A stretch of DNA of 58,478 nt, counting the filler, from Blastocystis sp. subtype 4 (lineage: Eukaryota): the NCBI RefSeq assembly GCF_000743755.1. It is 2 parts of 2 records of this genome, joined end to end, with 100 filler letters (N's around TTAATTAATTAA, not from the genome) between each part and the next. Parts side by side here need not be neighbours in the genome. Positions count along the whole stretch, not along the records: positions 1 to 29,200 come from NW_014569422.1; 1 more part is not named here. One strand, written 5' to 3'. Numbering within the stretch: position 1 is the first letter of the stretch; each line of letters begins with the position of its first letter. Of the stretch, positions 13,224 to 26,175 are shown in pieces. A model generated the notes under the pieces. That model was given only the letters and a program-made list of their open reading frames with translations. It did not search any database and was not told where the DNA came from. The position numbers were made by a program, and so were the translations under genes.

Positions 13224-13473
13224 CTAGAATCAATGCAAAGAATAAATCAAACTCTAAAAATGAACTCCTTGAGTCGAAATAGATGGACTTAAAGCAGATT
13301 GCTACCCTCTCTACAGCTCGACAAAACGACTGCACAAGGAGAAGAGGGTTGGATTTGGATATATTATGATGTTATTGTACCATAAATAGTTCTTCATTGT
13401 GTTCATATGATGATAGGAGAAGAATCTAAGATGTGGACGAAAACAGTAATTGTCAGTATCTTTCGTCTCTTCT

Positions 13474-14079
13474 ATGACAATCAATTTATCTGGTGTTTGG
13501 AAATTGGATAGCAATAGATCTGAGTCCATGCTTCCATACTTAAGTGCTTTGGTAAGTTTGTCTAATTTTTGTTGATTTAGGGTGTACCCGATCTAGCTGC
13601 ACAGGCTGCAAGCAAATTAGTCGACATTCTGAACATTTTGCAAACAGAGGACTGTTTTACCATATGTCGCATGTCTCGGTTTGGCAAAGATACAAAAGCA
13701 ATCAAGTTTAGTGAGGAATATGTCGTAAAGTCTGTAAATGGAGGAACACATCGGGTATCATGCGTAAAAGGAGGGATTGACTCCTAGATTACGGTTTCGA
13801 AAGTGGATAATTCGATTGTCATGACAACTCATTTGTCGAATAATAATGGCGTATTAGTGGATACTCGAACACTAGAAGAAGGTGGAAGACTTATGCATGT
13901 TGTTTTGCAATTGCAGTTGACGGATGGTCGAATCGTTGTGATTAATCGATACTTCTTGAAATCCAATTTGACATGTGAGGAATTGCTTGAACAGAATGAG
14001 GTGGTAACAACAAAGAGGTACGTGTGGTTGTTACTATTGTTAATATAGTCCTAGAGAGGAAGAATTTGACTCAGATTAA
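13474..14079 (+). CDS. Hypothetical multi-exon protein
   Basis: ATG at 13474, GT-AG introns, ORF 13803-14048, TAA at 14077-14079, TGTTTGTT at 14109-14116. Confidence 0.5.
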
Positions 14080-14140
14080 TTGATTTAGCATGTTGCATAA
14101 AATGAAAGTGTTTGTTGCGTCATTCTCATTCTGTTCGTTC

Positions 14141-14845
14141 ATGAATGTTGATTCATTAAATTCGGATTATTGTCTAGAATCTAGTTTCAGAATTGGTAAA
14201 TGCTAACTGGACCGAAGTATGGTCTACTTTGAAAACTGAGAGTATTCAAACGTTAAAGCAGTTCTATAATACTGTTGACTGGTCTGAGCCTTGGATTCGA
14301 TGTGTATTAGTTGGTTTGATCATTTGGTTTGTACTCATTGTGTATTTCCGGTAGTTGATGTTTCAATCGTTCTCCTATAGAGACAACTATTTCTTTCAAC
14401 TTACAGTGTTTTTGGTTGACTCAGCCGTCGTATTTGGTGCGAAAGGACTCAATTCTATTGGAAGGTAGGTAAAATAGATTGCATCAAGTGTAGAAAATAT
14501 TGGCAATCATTTTCCGCAAAGAACTACTTCGATGAGGATGGCTTCTTCATTTCGTTTTTTGTTTCGTTACCTATTCTCTTCATTACTTGCTTCCAGATTG
14601 TAAGAGAGTCGGATTGGATCCAATATAGTTCTTCCTTCTGATCAGCATTATCAAAGTGAATATTGAAATTAGGCAGTGGAAGGAGTTGGAGAGAAAGCAT
14701 GAAGAATTGAAAGGGAAACAACAAGAGTTAGAAAAAGTGAAAGGTGGGAGAGATGAACTAGGGTGAATTGTAGAAATGATCAGTGAATTGGAAAAAGATA
14801 CAGATAGTGAACTGAGAAAACGACATACAGAGAAGTCGATAGAAT
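14141..14845 (+). CDS. TMEM18: Transmembrane protein 18 homolog
   Basis: VDWSEPWIRCVL and KYWQSFSAKNYFDEDGFFISFFVSLP match TMEM18 motifs. Ends HTEKSIE+T(14845) before TGTTTGTT at 14850-14857. Confidence 0.85.
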
Positions 14846-14880
14846 TGTCTGTTTGTTCTGTATTGCTGTTCACAAACAAG

Positions 14881-16896
14881 TCAATCATCCAACTCACATT
14901 CTGTTAAAATCTGTTGAAGTTTGGTCCATTCGACTTCCAAGCGATTCATTTCAGTATCTCTCGAGGCACGTGCTGTCACGAGAACCACTACATCAGATGA
15001 CTGTTCACGCCGTTTCGATCGCTTGCACAAGGCCAACGAACCTACTGCGATAATTGATATAGCGATCATTCCAATGAAGATAAAGGGAAAGATCGCATTT
15101 GCAAAAACATAATGAAGGTACCGTCCACTTTCAAGCTGCATAAAAACGGTGTGAAGAGCAGTATCATCGAAACACTCTGTGAACAGGATTACGACGAAAT
15201 GAGCTACTGCAGGTGTGGATAGGAGAAGAGCACTACAATTGAAGAGTCCATTTACTCAAACATTTCGTTCATGAATATACTATTCAACAGAGTAGCTTTG
15301 TGACGCAACGGAAAGATACGAACAAACGGGAGATTGATTCCAACCCAGTAGAGTCCTAGAAGAGTGGATGTTTGGAGATAGAAACCGACAAGAAGAATCT
15401 GGTAATCATCAAATCATGGGAAGTACAAAGAGCAATGTGACAGTAGGAAATGTGTTTATGGAGACGAGAAGACTATCAACCATGGTTGTAAGCCACGGCT
15501 TATCTGTGAGAACAAGTGGAATCGAATATGTGAGCAATTGGACCAACACGAAAATGGAAAGACTCAGACTAGGATTGATGGATAGAACTTTGAATACCTC
15601 AAGAGAATTACAGCTACTGATCCAATTCCGTGGAGCCAGAAACTCACTTGACCAGATCGACGTGACGATTCAGCCTCATACTGCTTCAGAATGTCATACT
15701 GACTCTCAACGGCTGTACTAGAATTCAGAAAAGAATACTGAAAGAACATTGCGCGTTGCATAACTTGATTGACTTTCTCCAGTTGTCTACGGACACGAAT
15801 TCGAGTCAAAAACTTGACATCTGATTGTTGAATTCGATCATCTGAATAAAGGAGATACTGAATGGATTGAAAGAGGATATTCAGATGGAGAATTGAAGTA
15901 CTAACCGCTTCACATTTTGTGATATCTTCACGGATAAAACGCCGTGTCGTTTCATTCTCACTGATATGTTGTTGAAATGCATGATCATGTTGAAGTCGAA
16001 TAGACTTTACAAAGTGTCTGGATGTGAATCATGGATAGAGAAAAATACGCAATGAGATTGTAGTTGAGTTTCACCATGCCAAAGGGAGCATAGAGAAGAA
16101 AAAGAACCCAGGAGATCAATGTAACTGCAGACGGAACCGAGTAGACAACGGAAATCTATTCAACAACAAACAACAGCATCACAACTTTCAGTTTTGAGTG
16201 ATCTTCCAACACCCGCACAATCAACGCAATGATGGCTGTTACTCCCGCTCCACCAAGAACTAATAATATGGATACCACCCAACGTGATAGAGAAGAAGAG
16301 AAAATAGGAGATTCCTTGGATTCATAGACATAATAAAGGAGGGGAAGAAGCACAGCCGAAGCCACTGCAACAAGATAGAATAATACATTCCATACAGATA
16401 GAAGACCACTAGTTTCACATGTTGATGTAAGATCCTAGAAATCAGAGAAAAAGAGAGCAAGTTACTCCGCAGTCTGTTGAAGAATCGTTCAATAATACAT
16501 CAATTGGTAAGAAAGCGATAAATAACTGAGAAAGGAGGAAAAACAACACCTGGAATTATTCTCAGTTCATAGACATACACAACAAATAAAATAAAACCAG
16601 TTATGCTTAGTACCATCGATAGGAGAAACGAAATGTTTGAGTAGAGTAATGTCGACACAAACAAAGGCAGCTGCGAGTACCACAAGAATCAGCACAACAA
16701 AGACGTCAATCATTTGGATCCTCAACGCAAAAGGGATCCATTCACCCACGAAGATGCAACGAACGAAGAAGAATACAACGAAGAAATCGTGAATTACAAC
16801 AATGCATTCAGAGTAACACAATAACAGAATGTAGACACAACCCGTTCTTTCTACCTAACCATTTCTCTCCAAGATAAAGGCTGACGCAGACTTCAT
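14881..16896 (-). CDS. Large polytopic membrane protein, unknown function
   Basis: Many hydrophobic exon ORFs (16500-16685, 16156-16365, 14881-15141) linked by ~30-nt introns. Confidence 0.55.
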
Positions 16897-16940
16897 ATCC
16901 GAAGTCCCATCTCAGTTCTTAGAGTCATTCAAAAAGAAAC

Positions 16941-17530
16941 ATGGATAATACTCGTCCACCAGAGGATGCTGACAGACTCTTTTCAATTCGAATTGAGGGC
17001 CTTACAAATGATGCTAGGTGAGAATTGTGGCGATTGTGTTAATTCCATAGTAAGGATGATTTGAACAAAATGTTTGAGTCCTATGGAAAGATCGGCGATA
17101 TTTACATTCCCAGAAACACTCGTGAGGGAGGAAACCGTGGTTTTGGATTTGTTCGTTTCTTCCAGCAAGAAGACGCTGAAGCGGCTCTTAAGGAGAATGG
17201 TCAGAGCCTGCATGGCGCAACTATCCAAGTGACGATGGCTGAAGCGCGTCCTCCGAGAAGAGAGTTAATTCGTTGTTATGTTGTTAATTGTGTAGACGTC
17301 GTAGCCGTAGCCGTAGTTATGGACGTTCCAGACGATACAGTCGTAGTCGTTCTGGTCATCGTGGACATCGCAGCCGCAGTCGCAGTCATAGTCATCGCAG
17401 ATACCGTAGTCCGAGTCGTAGCTATGATCGTTCGCATCGTTCGAGTGGTCGTGATCGTCGTTCACCTTCTGGAAGTCGTAGTCCTTCTGGAAGTCGTCGC
17501 CGCTCTCGTTCATCGGGTGCTCGGCCTTAA
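16941..17530 (+). CDS. SR splicing factor, SC35/SRSF2-like (RRM + RS domain)
   Basis: RRM: FESYGKIGDIYIPRNTREGGNRGFGFVRF. RS tail in ORF 17288-17530. Confidence 0.9.
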
Positions 17531-17599
17531 ATTCTATGGAACGGATGATACATGTGTTTGTTTAATCAAGAATTGTCTTTTTGATACAAACTACTTGAA

Positions 17600-19121
17600 A
17601 TGGTTGTTTTGGACTCAGATGCTTGATTAATAGAGCAAGGATATTGATGTGGATGTGGAGTTTGACTCGATTATTGGTAGGCGGTTATTGTGGTATAGAA
17701 TAGTATAGAATGGTGTAAGAGTCGATATCAAATCAAGGAGGACTGGTAGGTTGTTGAACAAAGTTGTCTTACACAAAAGGAGTAAGAGTCGATCCCAAAT
17801 TGAAAAGGAAGTGATTGAATCCATCCGAATTGGAAATGAAAATAACGAATCATGTCCTTTTACTCCAGAAGGTTGGGAATGGTATTCTTGTTGATTTGCT
17901 ATAGAAAGTGACTACTTTACGGTTAATTCCTATTTTGAGTCGTTGCTAAAGAAGCGAGATACTTCCAAGACGTTATTGCGTTCTGTTGTTTTTGAAGTGG
18001 TATTTTTATTGTAGTATACAGATCCCGTATTGAATGCGTGGTCAAGTGTGATATCCGATTTTAAGGCCAACAATGTGTATCTTGCTGATGCTGGAGTTCG
18101 AATGAAGCAGATTGTGTGTTTTGAGATGTACAAATGAACTATATCTATTAGAAATAGTCCATCATTGGTAAAGCAAGCGAAAGAGAATGAACGGATTATT
18201 GAATCGATTTCGTCTCGTATGAATGTATGAATGTATGAATTAGATTCATGTTTAGGATCTTTCTAAATCGATTGAGAAGAAAGAGCAGGCCATTGCCGAT
18301 TACTGTGCAGAATGGAAGATTGATGTAGATTTGTTGGATATACGTAAGAAATAGAATACAGAGAGTGAAGAAGCAATGTTAGCCTGCTTGAAAACCTCAA
18401 CATCGATGCTTCCTTCACTCCTTCAATCGGTTCTTCAACAGATTCAATCTGAGTCTCTAAAATTGGCAATGCAATATTTCTTGGCTTTTCAGGCATATTT
18501 GGCAAATGTTGCAATGCACTCGGAAGAGACAGAATTCCCTAGTTTATCAGAACTACAATCCTTCCACCCAACAGAAACAGATCTGACAGCAGAATCCAGT
18601 TGGCGGTATATGCTAATTCCTGAATCTCGTGATGTGTTGATTGATGAATTGAGTATGTTACAATCATTTCTCACCGAGCGATCACGTCAGCCCAATGCTC
18701 TAATTATGATAGGAGATACAGTGTTGGAGAGTAGGAGCGAATCATGTTGCTGATGAGTTAGGCATTATGAGTAAGATGACAATAGATTTGATTCAGACAT
18801 GTTTGAAGAGCGTTCAGGACTTAGTAACAATCATTACAAATGAAGTTGCCATTCAAACTCGATTGTTGCATGATGAGGAGTTTCAGCGAAGAATGATTGG
18901 GCAGTTGACAAGTCTGATTCACCGTAAGCAGGAGTTAGAGACAGCTCTCAAGGAGCAATCACTTCGTCATATGCAAGCTGTTGATGCTCAAAAGTTGCTT
19001 CAACGTCAACTTCAGGAGTGTCGTCATTATGGGCGAAGTCTATGTCGTAATACAGAAACAGCTCTGAACTCGTTATTCAACTCATTACACGTTACAATAA
19101 TTGGTGATATTTTATCCTTAT
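17600..19121 (+). CDS. CDK5RAP3: CDK5RAP3/C53 family protein
   Basis: WSSVISDFKANNVYLADAGVRMKQIVCFE|PSLVKQ, ESRDVLIDELSMLQSFLTER and C-terminal VTIIGDILSL resemble C53. First coding exon predicted to be ATG only. Ends at T(19121) before TGTTTGTA. Confidence 0.78.
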
Positions 19122-19125
19122 TCCA

Positions 19126-19141
19126 TGTTTGTAAACAAACA
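19126..19141. terminator. Bidirectional 3'-end element shared by CDK5RAP3 and the clathrin-TD gene
   Basis: TGTTTGTAAACAAACA; each motif starts 5 nt after the T that begins the corresponding stop. Confidence 0.8.
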
Positions 19142-19143
19142 AA

Positions 19144-21204
19144 TCATTGAGCAATTCGCTTACGCAATTGTACAACAGCTTTGGATCGTTCATACATATC
19201 AGGATAAATACTCTGCAATTGTTCTCGACACTCAGGCGAATTCATACTGATCTCTCCACGCTTTATACGAAGGATTAAGGCTTCAAATGGATCCATATTT
19301 ACTTCTGTAGAAATACCTATCAAACGAGGTTCAATTTCTGGAATTCCTAAAGTTGTTGTAATTTCACGCATTGCTTGAATCCGCTCATTATCATCTACAA
19401 ACAGAGCTACTAACAGATCAATCAGTGTTGGAACAGTAAGGTTTTGGTTACAGGGAGGAATGGATTGTAGCAAGGATGTGATAGACGAGAGAAGTGATGA
19501 ATTGGAGTGAGATATTCCCACTCTACTGTTTGAGTCTGGCTTCTCATTCCTTTGATTCGTACTGCCAGTACTTCCTTTAGATAGTGAACGATTTATTGAT
19601 TCATTCCCACGGTTATTGTCACTCGATGGGATACTCTCTGCTACCTGACTGTTCTCCTCCTCACCATCTGAGATTATTTCTTGTACATCCAGATTTGGAA
19701 CAGAAGGAACATACAATGAAGTTAATCGAACACTCTGTTGACGTCCCAGAGAAGCAGCCAAAGAGAATTCAGTATCACTCGATACATCTTCCACATCATC
19801 TACCACTCGCAATGAAGATCGCAACGATTGCGACAATTCGGCATCTGGTTCCGAAATATCGAATTGACCCAAAAACCCGATCACTTCGTCATTCCAATTG
19901 ATTCCCTTTCCATTTCGCCAGTCACAGTACAAATAACCTCCAAACACAGTGAAATTTGCATCATCTGCCAAAAATCGTTTAACTACACATGTAGGATCGT
20001 TAAAATGAGCAATATTCAGAAATGGAGTCAATGCCCGAACCAATCGTGTTTTACTGTGGAGAAACAATGAATGAATTAACTCCTGGAACAAAGGATTGTC
20101 TGTGTCATGAAGATGCATACGGATGGCGACATGCAATGAATTCACTTCATTCTGTATTTTGGGATCATAGTAACAGTATATCAAAGCCAAGTCCTCCAGA
20201 GTGATTCGTAATACTGAATTCTCTCCCTCCCAAATACTAATAAAACCATTTGCTGAACAAGGAACAAAAGCCAATAGGCGTTTAGAACAGATTAATGTCG
20301 AATGGGTCAGATTTGAGTTTAATATGTCCCAAATATGAAGATAACCATTTCGAAACACAACATAGGCCAAACCACGATGAACATCAGGAATCACAAATTC
20401 CGGCCTATTTGAACGAGAAAGATCAGATAGCTGGATTGGAGTTGACCGGAATCTCATGTTGATAGAATCATCTAATGGAAGCACTTTGAACACATATTCA
20501 GATTCATTAGACTTGTGTTTTGTTAACAGAACTGCTACTAATCCACGAACATAGCATGTATCCAATCGACAGAGACAGCCAGCAATTCCTTCTAATAAAC
20601 GATGTTGCGAATAAAAGCGACCAATTTGAACTTTTCCCATGGATCCATCTTCAATTTGAAGCAGGTAATACTGAGAATCCACATCAACATACACACCAAT
20701 CACCTGCGAAGCCTTAATCGAAGGATCCAAAGAAGCAATGATAAACATATCTGTCCGATTTTCCACATCAAACAATAACAAACCCTTTGTAGATACAAGA
20801 GCAGCCGTTGTAGGCGTTATCCACTGAATCCGAGTTATAATACAATCATTTGGGTACGCCATTTCATCCACAAACTCATAAGTTTCGTAATTGATTAGTA
20901 ACAACGTACTTTCTACAGAAACGAGCAAAAATTTGCCGTCACTGCTCACTGCAAAGTGATCTACATCCACTTCGAGGGCTTTGAGATCACTTTCACCAAA
21001 CACAATATGCACAAGTTGTTTTACTCCGTTTGATCCCAGTCTGCAAACAGAAAGATCTGTTTCCGAAGATATTGATACATCATCTAGATTCACTCCGCCA
21101 TCAGTTCCAGTGAAATCCTGCAACTACATTTCAATTGTATGCATTGTCACAACATTTAAAACTATAGAAAGAGAGATGGGATTCCGATAACTCTCCCGAC
21201 TCAT
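19144..21204 (-). CDS. Divergent clathrin heavy-chain terminal-domain (beta-propeller + linker) protein with no recognisable leg repeats
   Basis: QWITPTTAALVS~KWISLNTVALVT; ASQVIGV~GCQIINY; LEGIAGC~IEGHAAS; GLAYVVFRNGYLHIWDI~DVVFLITKYGYIHLYDL; SLHVAIRMHL~ALRMAVRNNL. Exons 21204-21192, 21161-21154 and 21123-19144. Confidence 0.75.
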
Positions 21205-21268
21205 ATCAAGAATCGATATATAAAGGAAAAATGAAAACGGGAATTCAGGGAATCTGGCAACAAACACC

Positions 21269-22486
21269 TCAATCATCTCCAACAATCACTTTCTTCTTTG
21301 ACTTCTTCTTCTTCTTCTCTCGCGGTACTGGAGCTACAAAGAAATCCCCCAGACAGTGGTACTATATTACATCCCCATTAAACTGCCTACATGTCCAATA
21401 TCTCTCAATTCACCATCCGCCTGCAACACCATCCGCGGAACGAATGACTCACCATTTTCCAGTACATGAGAATAGAAGCAGGACTCACCAAAAGGACAAA
21501 CACCTTTCCCTCCATTAAAGTACTTACATGGAATCTCTGGAGATAAAACGATCCTTCAAATACCTACTTGCCATATTCTTCTTATATTCTTCTACAATCC
21601 GCTGTTTCACCTCCGGATCGAAAATTGGCTCATTCGATGGAATTACATAAAATGATGTTGCACGACATAGAGGACATCGACGCACGTTGGGATCCCCAAG
21701 ATTTGAATATCTCCAATTGCGGATGCACTCAAGACAGAACAAGTGATTGCAATCTATGGAAGACTCCACCCAAACAGTGTACTTTGCATGAGTCCAAAGC
21801 GTTTATGCGACTTCAGAATATCATCTTGACAGATACAACAAGTCGTTGAAATTTCATCAAAGAAGGGTTGTTTGCGAGTTTCTTCTTGTGGAGTCGTATG
21901 ATGAGCATACCAACACTTATCTCCATAGATGCAATTCCCATTCAACCAATAACGACACACCTCTGTGGATTGCTTTACTGGTTCTTCGGTTGTCTGCTGC
22001 TGAAGGGGAATGGTGTAGTTGTGGCCAACCACATCACTCCAAGATTTCTTTTCTTTGGTTAAAATAGATGGAGTAATACGAAGTGAATCGAACAAGGCAT
22101 CATCCTCGTGCATCATTTGAAAGTCGAGATTTGATGTCTGTGTACTGGAAGGAAACGGTTGTAAGTTTGGAGCGAGAGATGGTTGTACTCTATTTCCATA
22201 GGATGAACTGTGCCGTAAGTCACTGGAAGGGCCAAACGACGAATCATTTGCAAAGAGGCTAGTGGAGGAGAACAAATTCACACCTGACAGAAATATATCA
22301 TCTTCCTCAGTTCCAAACCCTCTCCATTCCACTAGCACTCAGAACTGCGATTCCAAACACTACCTGGCTCATCACACGTTTCTGGGATCGAAGAAGTAAA
22401 AGTTTCCAAAAAGCGAGGACTCCGATTCTCCTCTTTATTTGAATTCTCTAGATCATCATTCTCTTCCTTCTCTATGTACCACTCAT
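21269..22486 (-). CDS. Makorin-like CCCH/RING E3 ligase
   Basis: CRYWLNGNCIYGDKCWYAH (CCCH), CCICQD...CNHLFCLECIRNWR...CPLCR (RING), IPCKYFNGGKGVCPFGESCFYSH. Confidence 0.88.
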
Positions 22487-22825
22487 AAGAGAAACAACGA
22501 GTAATCCTTACAAATCAATCACAAAATGTTTAGTTAGAATCAGAATGGCAAAACTAAACGATCTGCTAGGAAGCAAGTCTAGGATAAAACAAACCAAACT
22601 AAACGGTACCAAGGAGTTGGAAAGGAGCTAAAATGGAGGACTGTTGGGGACCCTAATGCTTTATTATTTTAATGGAAGATAATTCAACCTCTATTTTTAC
22701 GTTTATTGGTACCCTTTCTTGGATAATTGGAGTTGTATGTTAACCGACAGATTGGCGACGAAAATAGATGAGTAATATAGGAGACAATCTATAACGCAGA
22801 ATGCAAACAAACACCCATTTCCCAA

Positions 22826-24210
22826 TTACTCCTCTTCTTGTTGAATCTTCGGAAACAAATACATCAGTGGCTCCGCATTCAGTGACTCATAAAATAAGAA
22901 CATATCTTCTACAGGATGCGGAAACTTTATGTGAGCCACAAACCTATCATTAGGATCCAATGTATCAAATCGCATAACTCGATTCTTCTCAATCATTACA
23001 GCTGATTTGGCATCCGGATATATGATTGCAGTTACAATGGGTTCTTTACGATACGATGTTTGTTCCTTTCCAGGTTGACCTCCTGTTGCGTAATTGTCAA
23101 CTAATCCTCCTATTACTTTCCCATTAACATCAACACACAGAGTATTCGAATTATCGCTGATGCAAATATAGGACTATTCATGATCCATTTCATCCAACAT
23201 CACATTATCAACTGCCACTGAATAGCGATTTGGACAGAACTATCTCATTAGTCTACCATCATTCTTACTGTTTCGTGTAGATTTTCCGTTTGAAACACAC
23301 TATCCACGCGCGAATCCCAATTCACACGATGAATCTCCTTTGTCGTTAAAACGACCCATTCTCGACGTAATGGTAAGCTCATTATACCTGTTATCGGAGT
23401 CAGATTATCACCAAGTAATTCAAATGCTTCTAATTCTACCTATCATATTCTCTTGTTACACTTACCACGATTTGTCATGGAGAGTATTTTCAGATCATCA
23501 TTCTGAAGAAGAACCAGTGATTCTGGCCCATCCCAACAGATATATCGCGCATCACAATTATTTAAACTATTTGTCAATATTCAATCTCTCCTACCAAAAC
23601 TCGCAGTTCTTTGACACCACATTCCAACATCGAATTGAACCATCTTTTTCTGTTACCAACAGATATTCTGGATATACGGGAGAAACAGCCATGGACGTGA
23701 TGGGGGAACCCGTATCATCTAGGTCAAAAACTTCAACAGAACATACTTGTTAATATACTAACGACCGTGCATTCGTTACAACTTAGAATAAATACTTCAC
23801 CCAAGGAGGTTCCCGTTGCCAAATAACAGTCAAGAGGTCTTTCCTTTTGCGGGAACAACCAACAACCCGTAGTACATGTCTATCCCATAAACAAAACAAA
23901 TGTAATAAAAACGCCTCCTTTAAAATATGGTGTCTCCTCGATACTGTAATGAGCAAAGAATCCAATTCCCATACTAGAGTCTTCATTATCATATCTAATT
24001 CACATCCGAACAGTAAAAGACACATATTCACTTGAGTTGGTGAAATGGTTGCAAGGTATCGACGTGAATTACAGTACGTTGGTTTCTCCACAAGCTGAAG
24101 AATCTCATCATTGTGATTCTCCTCTATAATGCGCCGACATGTGAGAATCTCCAAATTCTGTATAAACGTCTCCCTATAACTAAGTGAAGCATTTTCAACA
24201 AATACGTCAT
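22826..24210 (-). CDS. WD40-repeat protein (LRWD1/EED-like, tentative)
   Basis: Spliced reading gives RYLATISPTQ, CYLATGTSLGEVFIL and SPITSMAVSPVYPEYLLVTEKDGSIRCWNV, typical of WD40 blades. Confidence 0.6.
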
Positions 24211-24318
24211 CTCCACCAACAAGCAATTTTTAATTTTTCAGTTTTGCACAATTTGTCCCTTTCTCTGCAAATCTAGAAGTGTCTTTTTTGGGAATTCCAT
24301 TATCATTCCTTTGTTCAA

Positions 24319-26152
24319 ATGTCGTTTAGCTTCTCCAGGGTTAAAGACTTTGCTTCCAAGGTGAAGGATACGGTGGCGAGCAATGTGAATTCAATTGTGC
24401 AGAACAATCCCGCCTTGTCTCATGCTGGATCTTCGATTAAAGAAGGCTTTTCCGAGGTGATATCCTCTGTGAAATCAACATCTGCTGCTGTGGGGAAGCA
24501 GATTGCAGATAACTTGACTACGAAGACAAATTCCTCGGTTTCGGTGTCAATTCGAGGAAGCGAAGTTCGGTATGTTGTAGATAATATGGGTATTTTGTGT
24601 ATGACTCTTGTCACTTGTAGAGAAGCGCTACGATGATTCATTTGTTGTAAAGACTCCAATGCAATTGGATAATCAGATGATTGAAAGAGGTTCTTCAATT
24701 TCAATGATTCAAGGTATTTCTCTTCCTGGTATTGATTATCGGGATTTCTGACTTTTTAGATGCCTTTTACAGTATGGTATTTGATATTCTCTACATGGTT
24801 CAATTTCAACCTATTGTAACGCTGACATTTACTCGGAATGTTCCCTCAATTCCAAGTCAATCCGTATCGAGATGTCTCCTACAGTGTTACACTTTCTTGA
24901 TGGAACATTATGCTTGCTTGCTCTCCAACTCCCATCCTGTTAATCGAGCTGCACTTTCCAATCATTATATCTCTGTCTTCACATTACTCAAAGTCAATTC
25001 CTTTGTCCCTTTTCCCTCCCTTCTCTCTTCTTCCTCAATTGAACAAATTCTCGTCGTTGAGCGACTACTATTCAAATTCCTTCGCATCCAATTTCCAAAA
25101 CCAATTTTGTACCCACTTCATTCCCACTTCATGTTTAGTTCTTGTTCTGTTATCGATGAATTTAAACGAAGTCGATCAATTGCTCTTGTATTTACTCTAT
25201 TTCATTATCACATAGTTGAAATCTCTCGTTAGTACATCATCAAATCGATTCTATCTCTATCTAATTCTCCGATTCTATCGATTTATTTATAACACATATC
25301 ACATTGTATAAGTTAATCCTTTCTTATCATTAGTTCCCATCTCCAGAAATTATCTCCATTCTCTGTGAGCAACAGGATGAATGCTTCATGGGAACTTTGA
25401 TTCTGAATGTTGATGCAATTTCACCTGATTTCTGGCAGGTAACAGAATTGTGTCGTTTTCTGGAAATGAACAAATCACAGTCTCTTCTTCATGATTCTCC
25501 ATCACAGCTAAATCCAACACAAGTGCAGAAATGGAGAGAGAAGATTGAATATTGCGATTCCATTGATCATTTGCATATGTGTGTTCTTTCTGTGGACGGA
25601 ATGGGTACGAGTGATTGGTTTGCAGTAATTTGTGCTTCTCTTCATGCTAATTGGTGTATGAGTGAGTTGTTTTCTATGATGCTGGAAGTATGAGTTATTT
25701 CTTGATTATCATGAAGATATTTAATCACTATACGGGTATGCAACGACTAGTTACAATGCGACTGGCATTCCAATTGTGTTCTACTCAGGAACGAGAATGC
25801 ATTTATAGTCTATTAATGATTGTTCAGTAGTTCTATGATTATCATATCTAGCGATCACTAGACGTTCGGAAAGCGATTTCTCGTTTCTGTTTTCCTTCTA
25901 CAAGCTCTGTTTGTATGTTAATCCATTCTCATTGCTAGATAAATCAGAATATTCCACTTGTTGAGTTTTGGGAGGCTCATGCTGATTATCTGCTCTCCTC
26001 AATTTCTTCGTCTACTGAGCTTCTTGACCTTCCTTTTGAAGATCTTCACGCAAAGGTGGGAAGTGTTCCTGTGATACAGTCGTTCTCGATTACGCTTCCA
26101 GGGGAGATGATTTCCTACTCCAGTACACAGTGGAATATGCCTTCTAGAGTTT
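24319..26152 (+). CDS. Hypothetical multi-exon protein
   Basis: ORFs 24319-24636, 24732-25232 and 25388-25693. Last exon is open to ...WNMPSRV+T(26152), before TCTTTGTT. Confidence 0.55.
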
Positions 26153-26156
26153 CATT

Positions 26157-26172
26157 TCTTTGTTAACAAACA
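26157..26172. terminator. Bidirectional 3'-end element
   Basis: TCTTTGTTAACAAACA between the hypothetical gene and GT49. Confidence 0.7.
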
Positions 26173-26175
26173 AGA

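Noticed and set aside
17265..17630. Val-rich and Asp/Tyr-rich ORFs
   Set aside because: Alternative frames of the RS-domain repeat; the RRM joins the RS frame through an intron.
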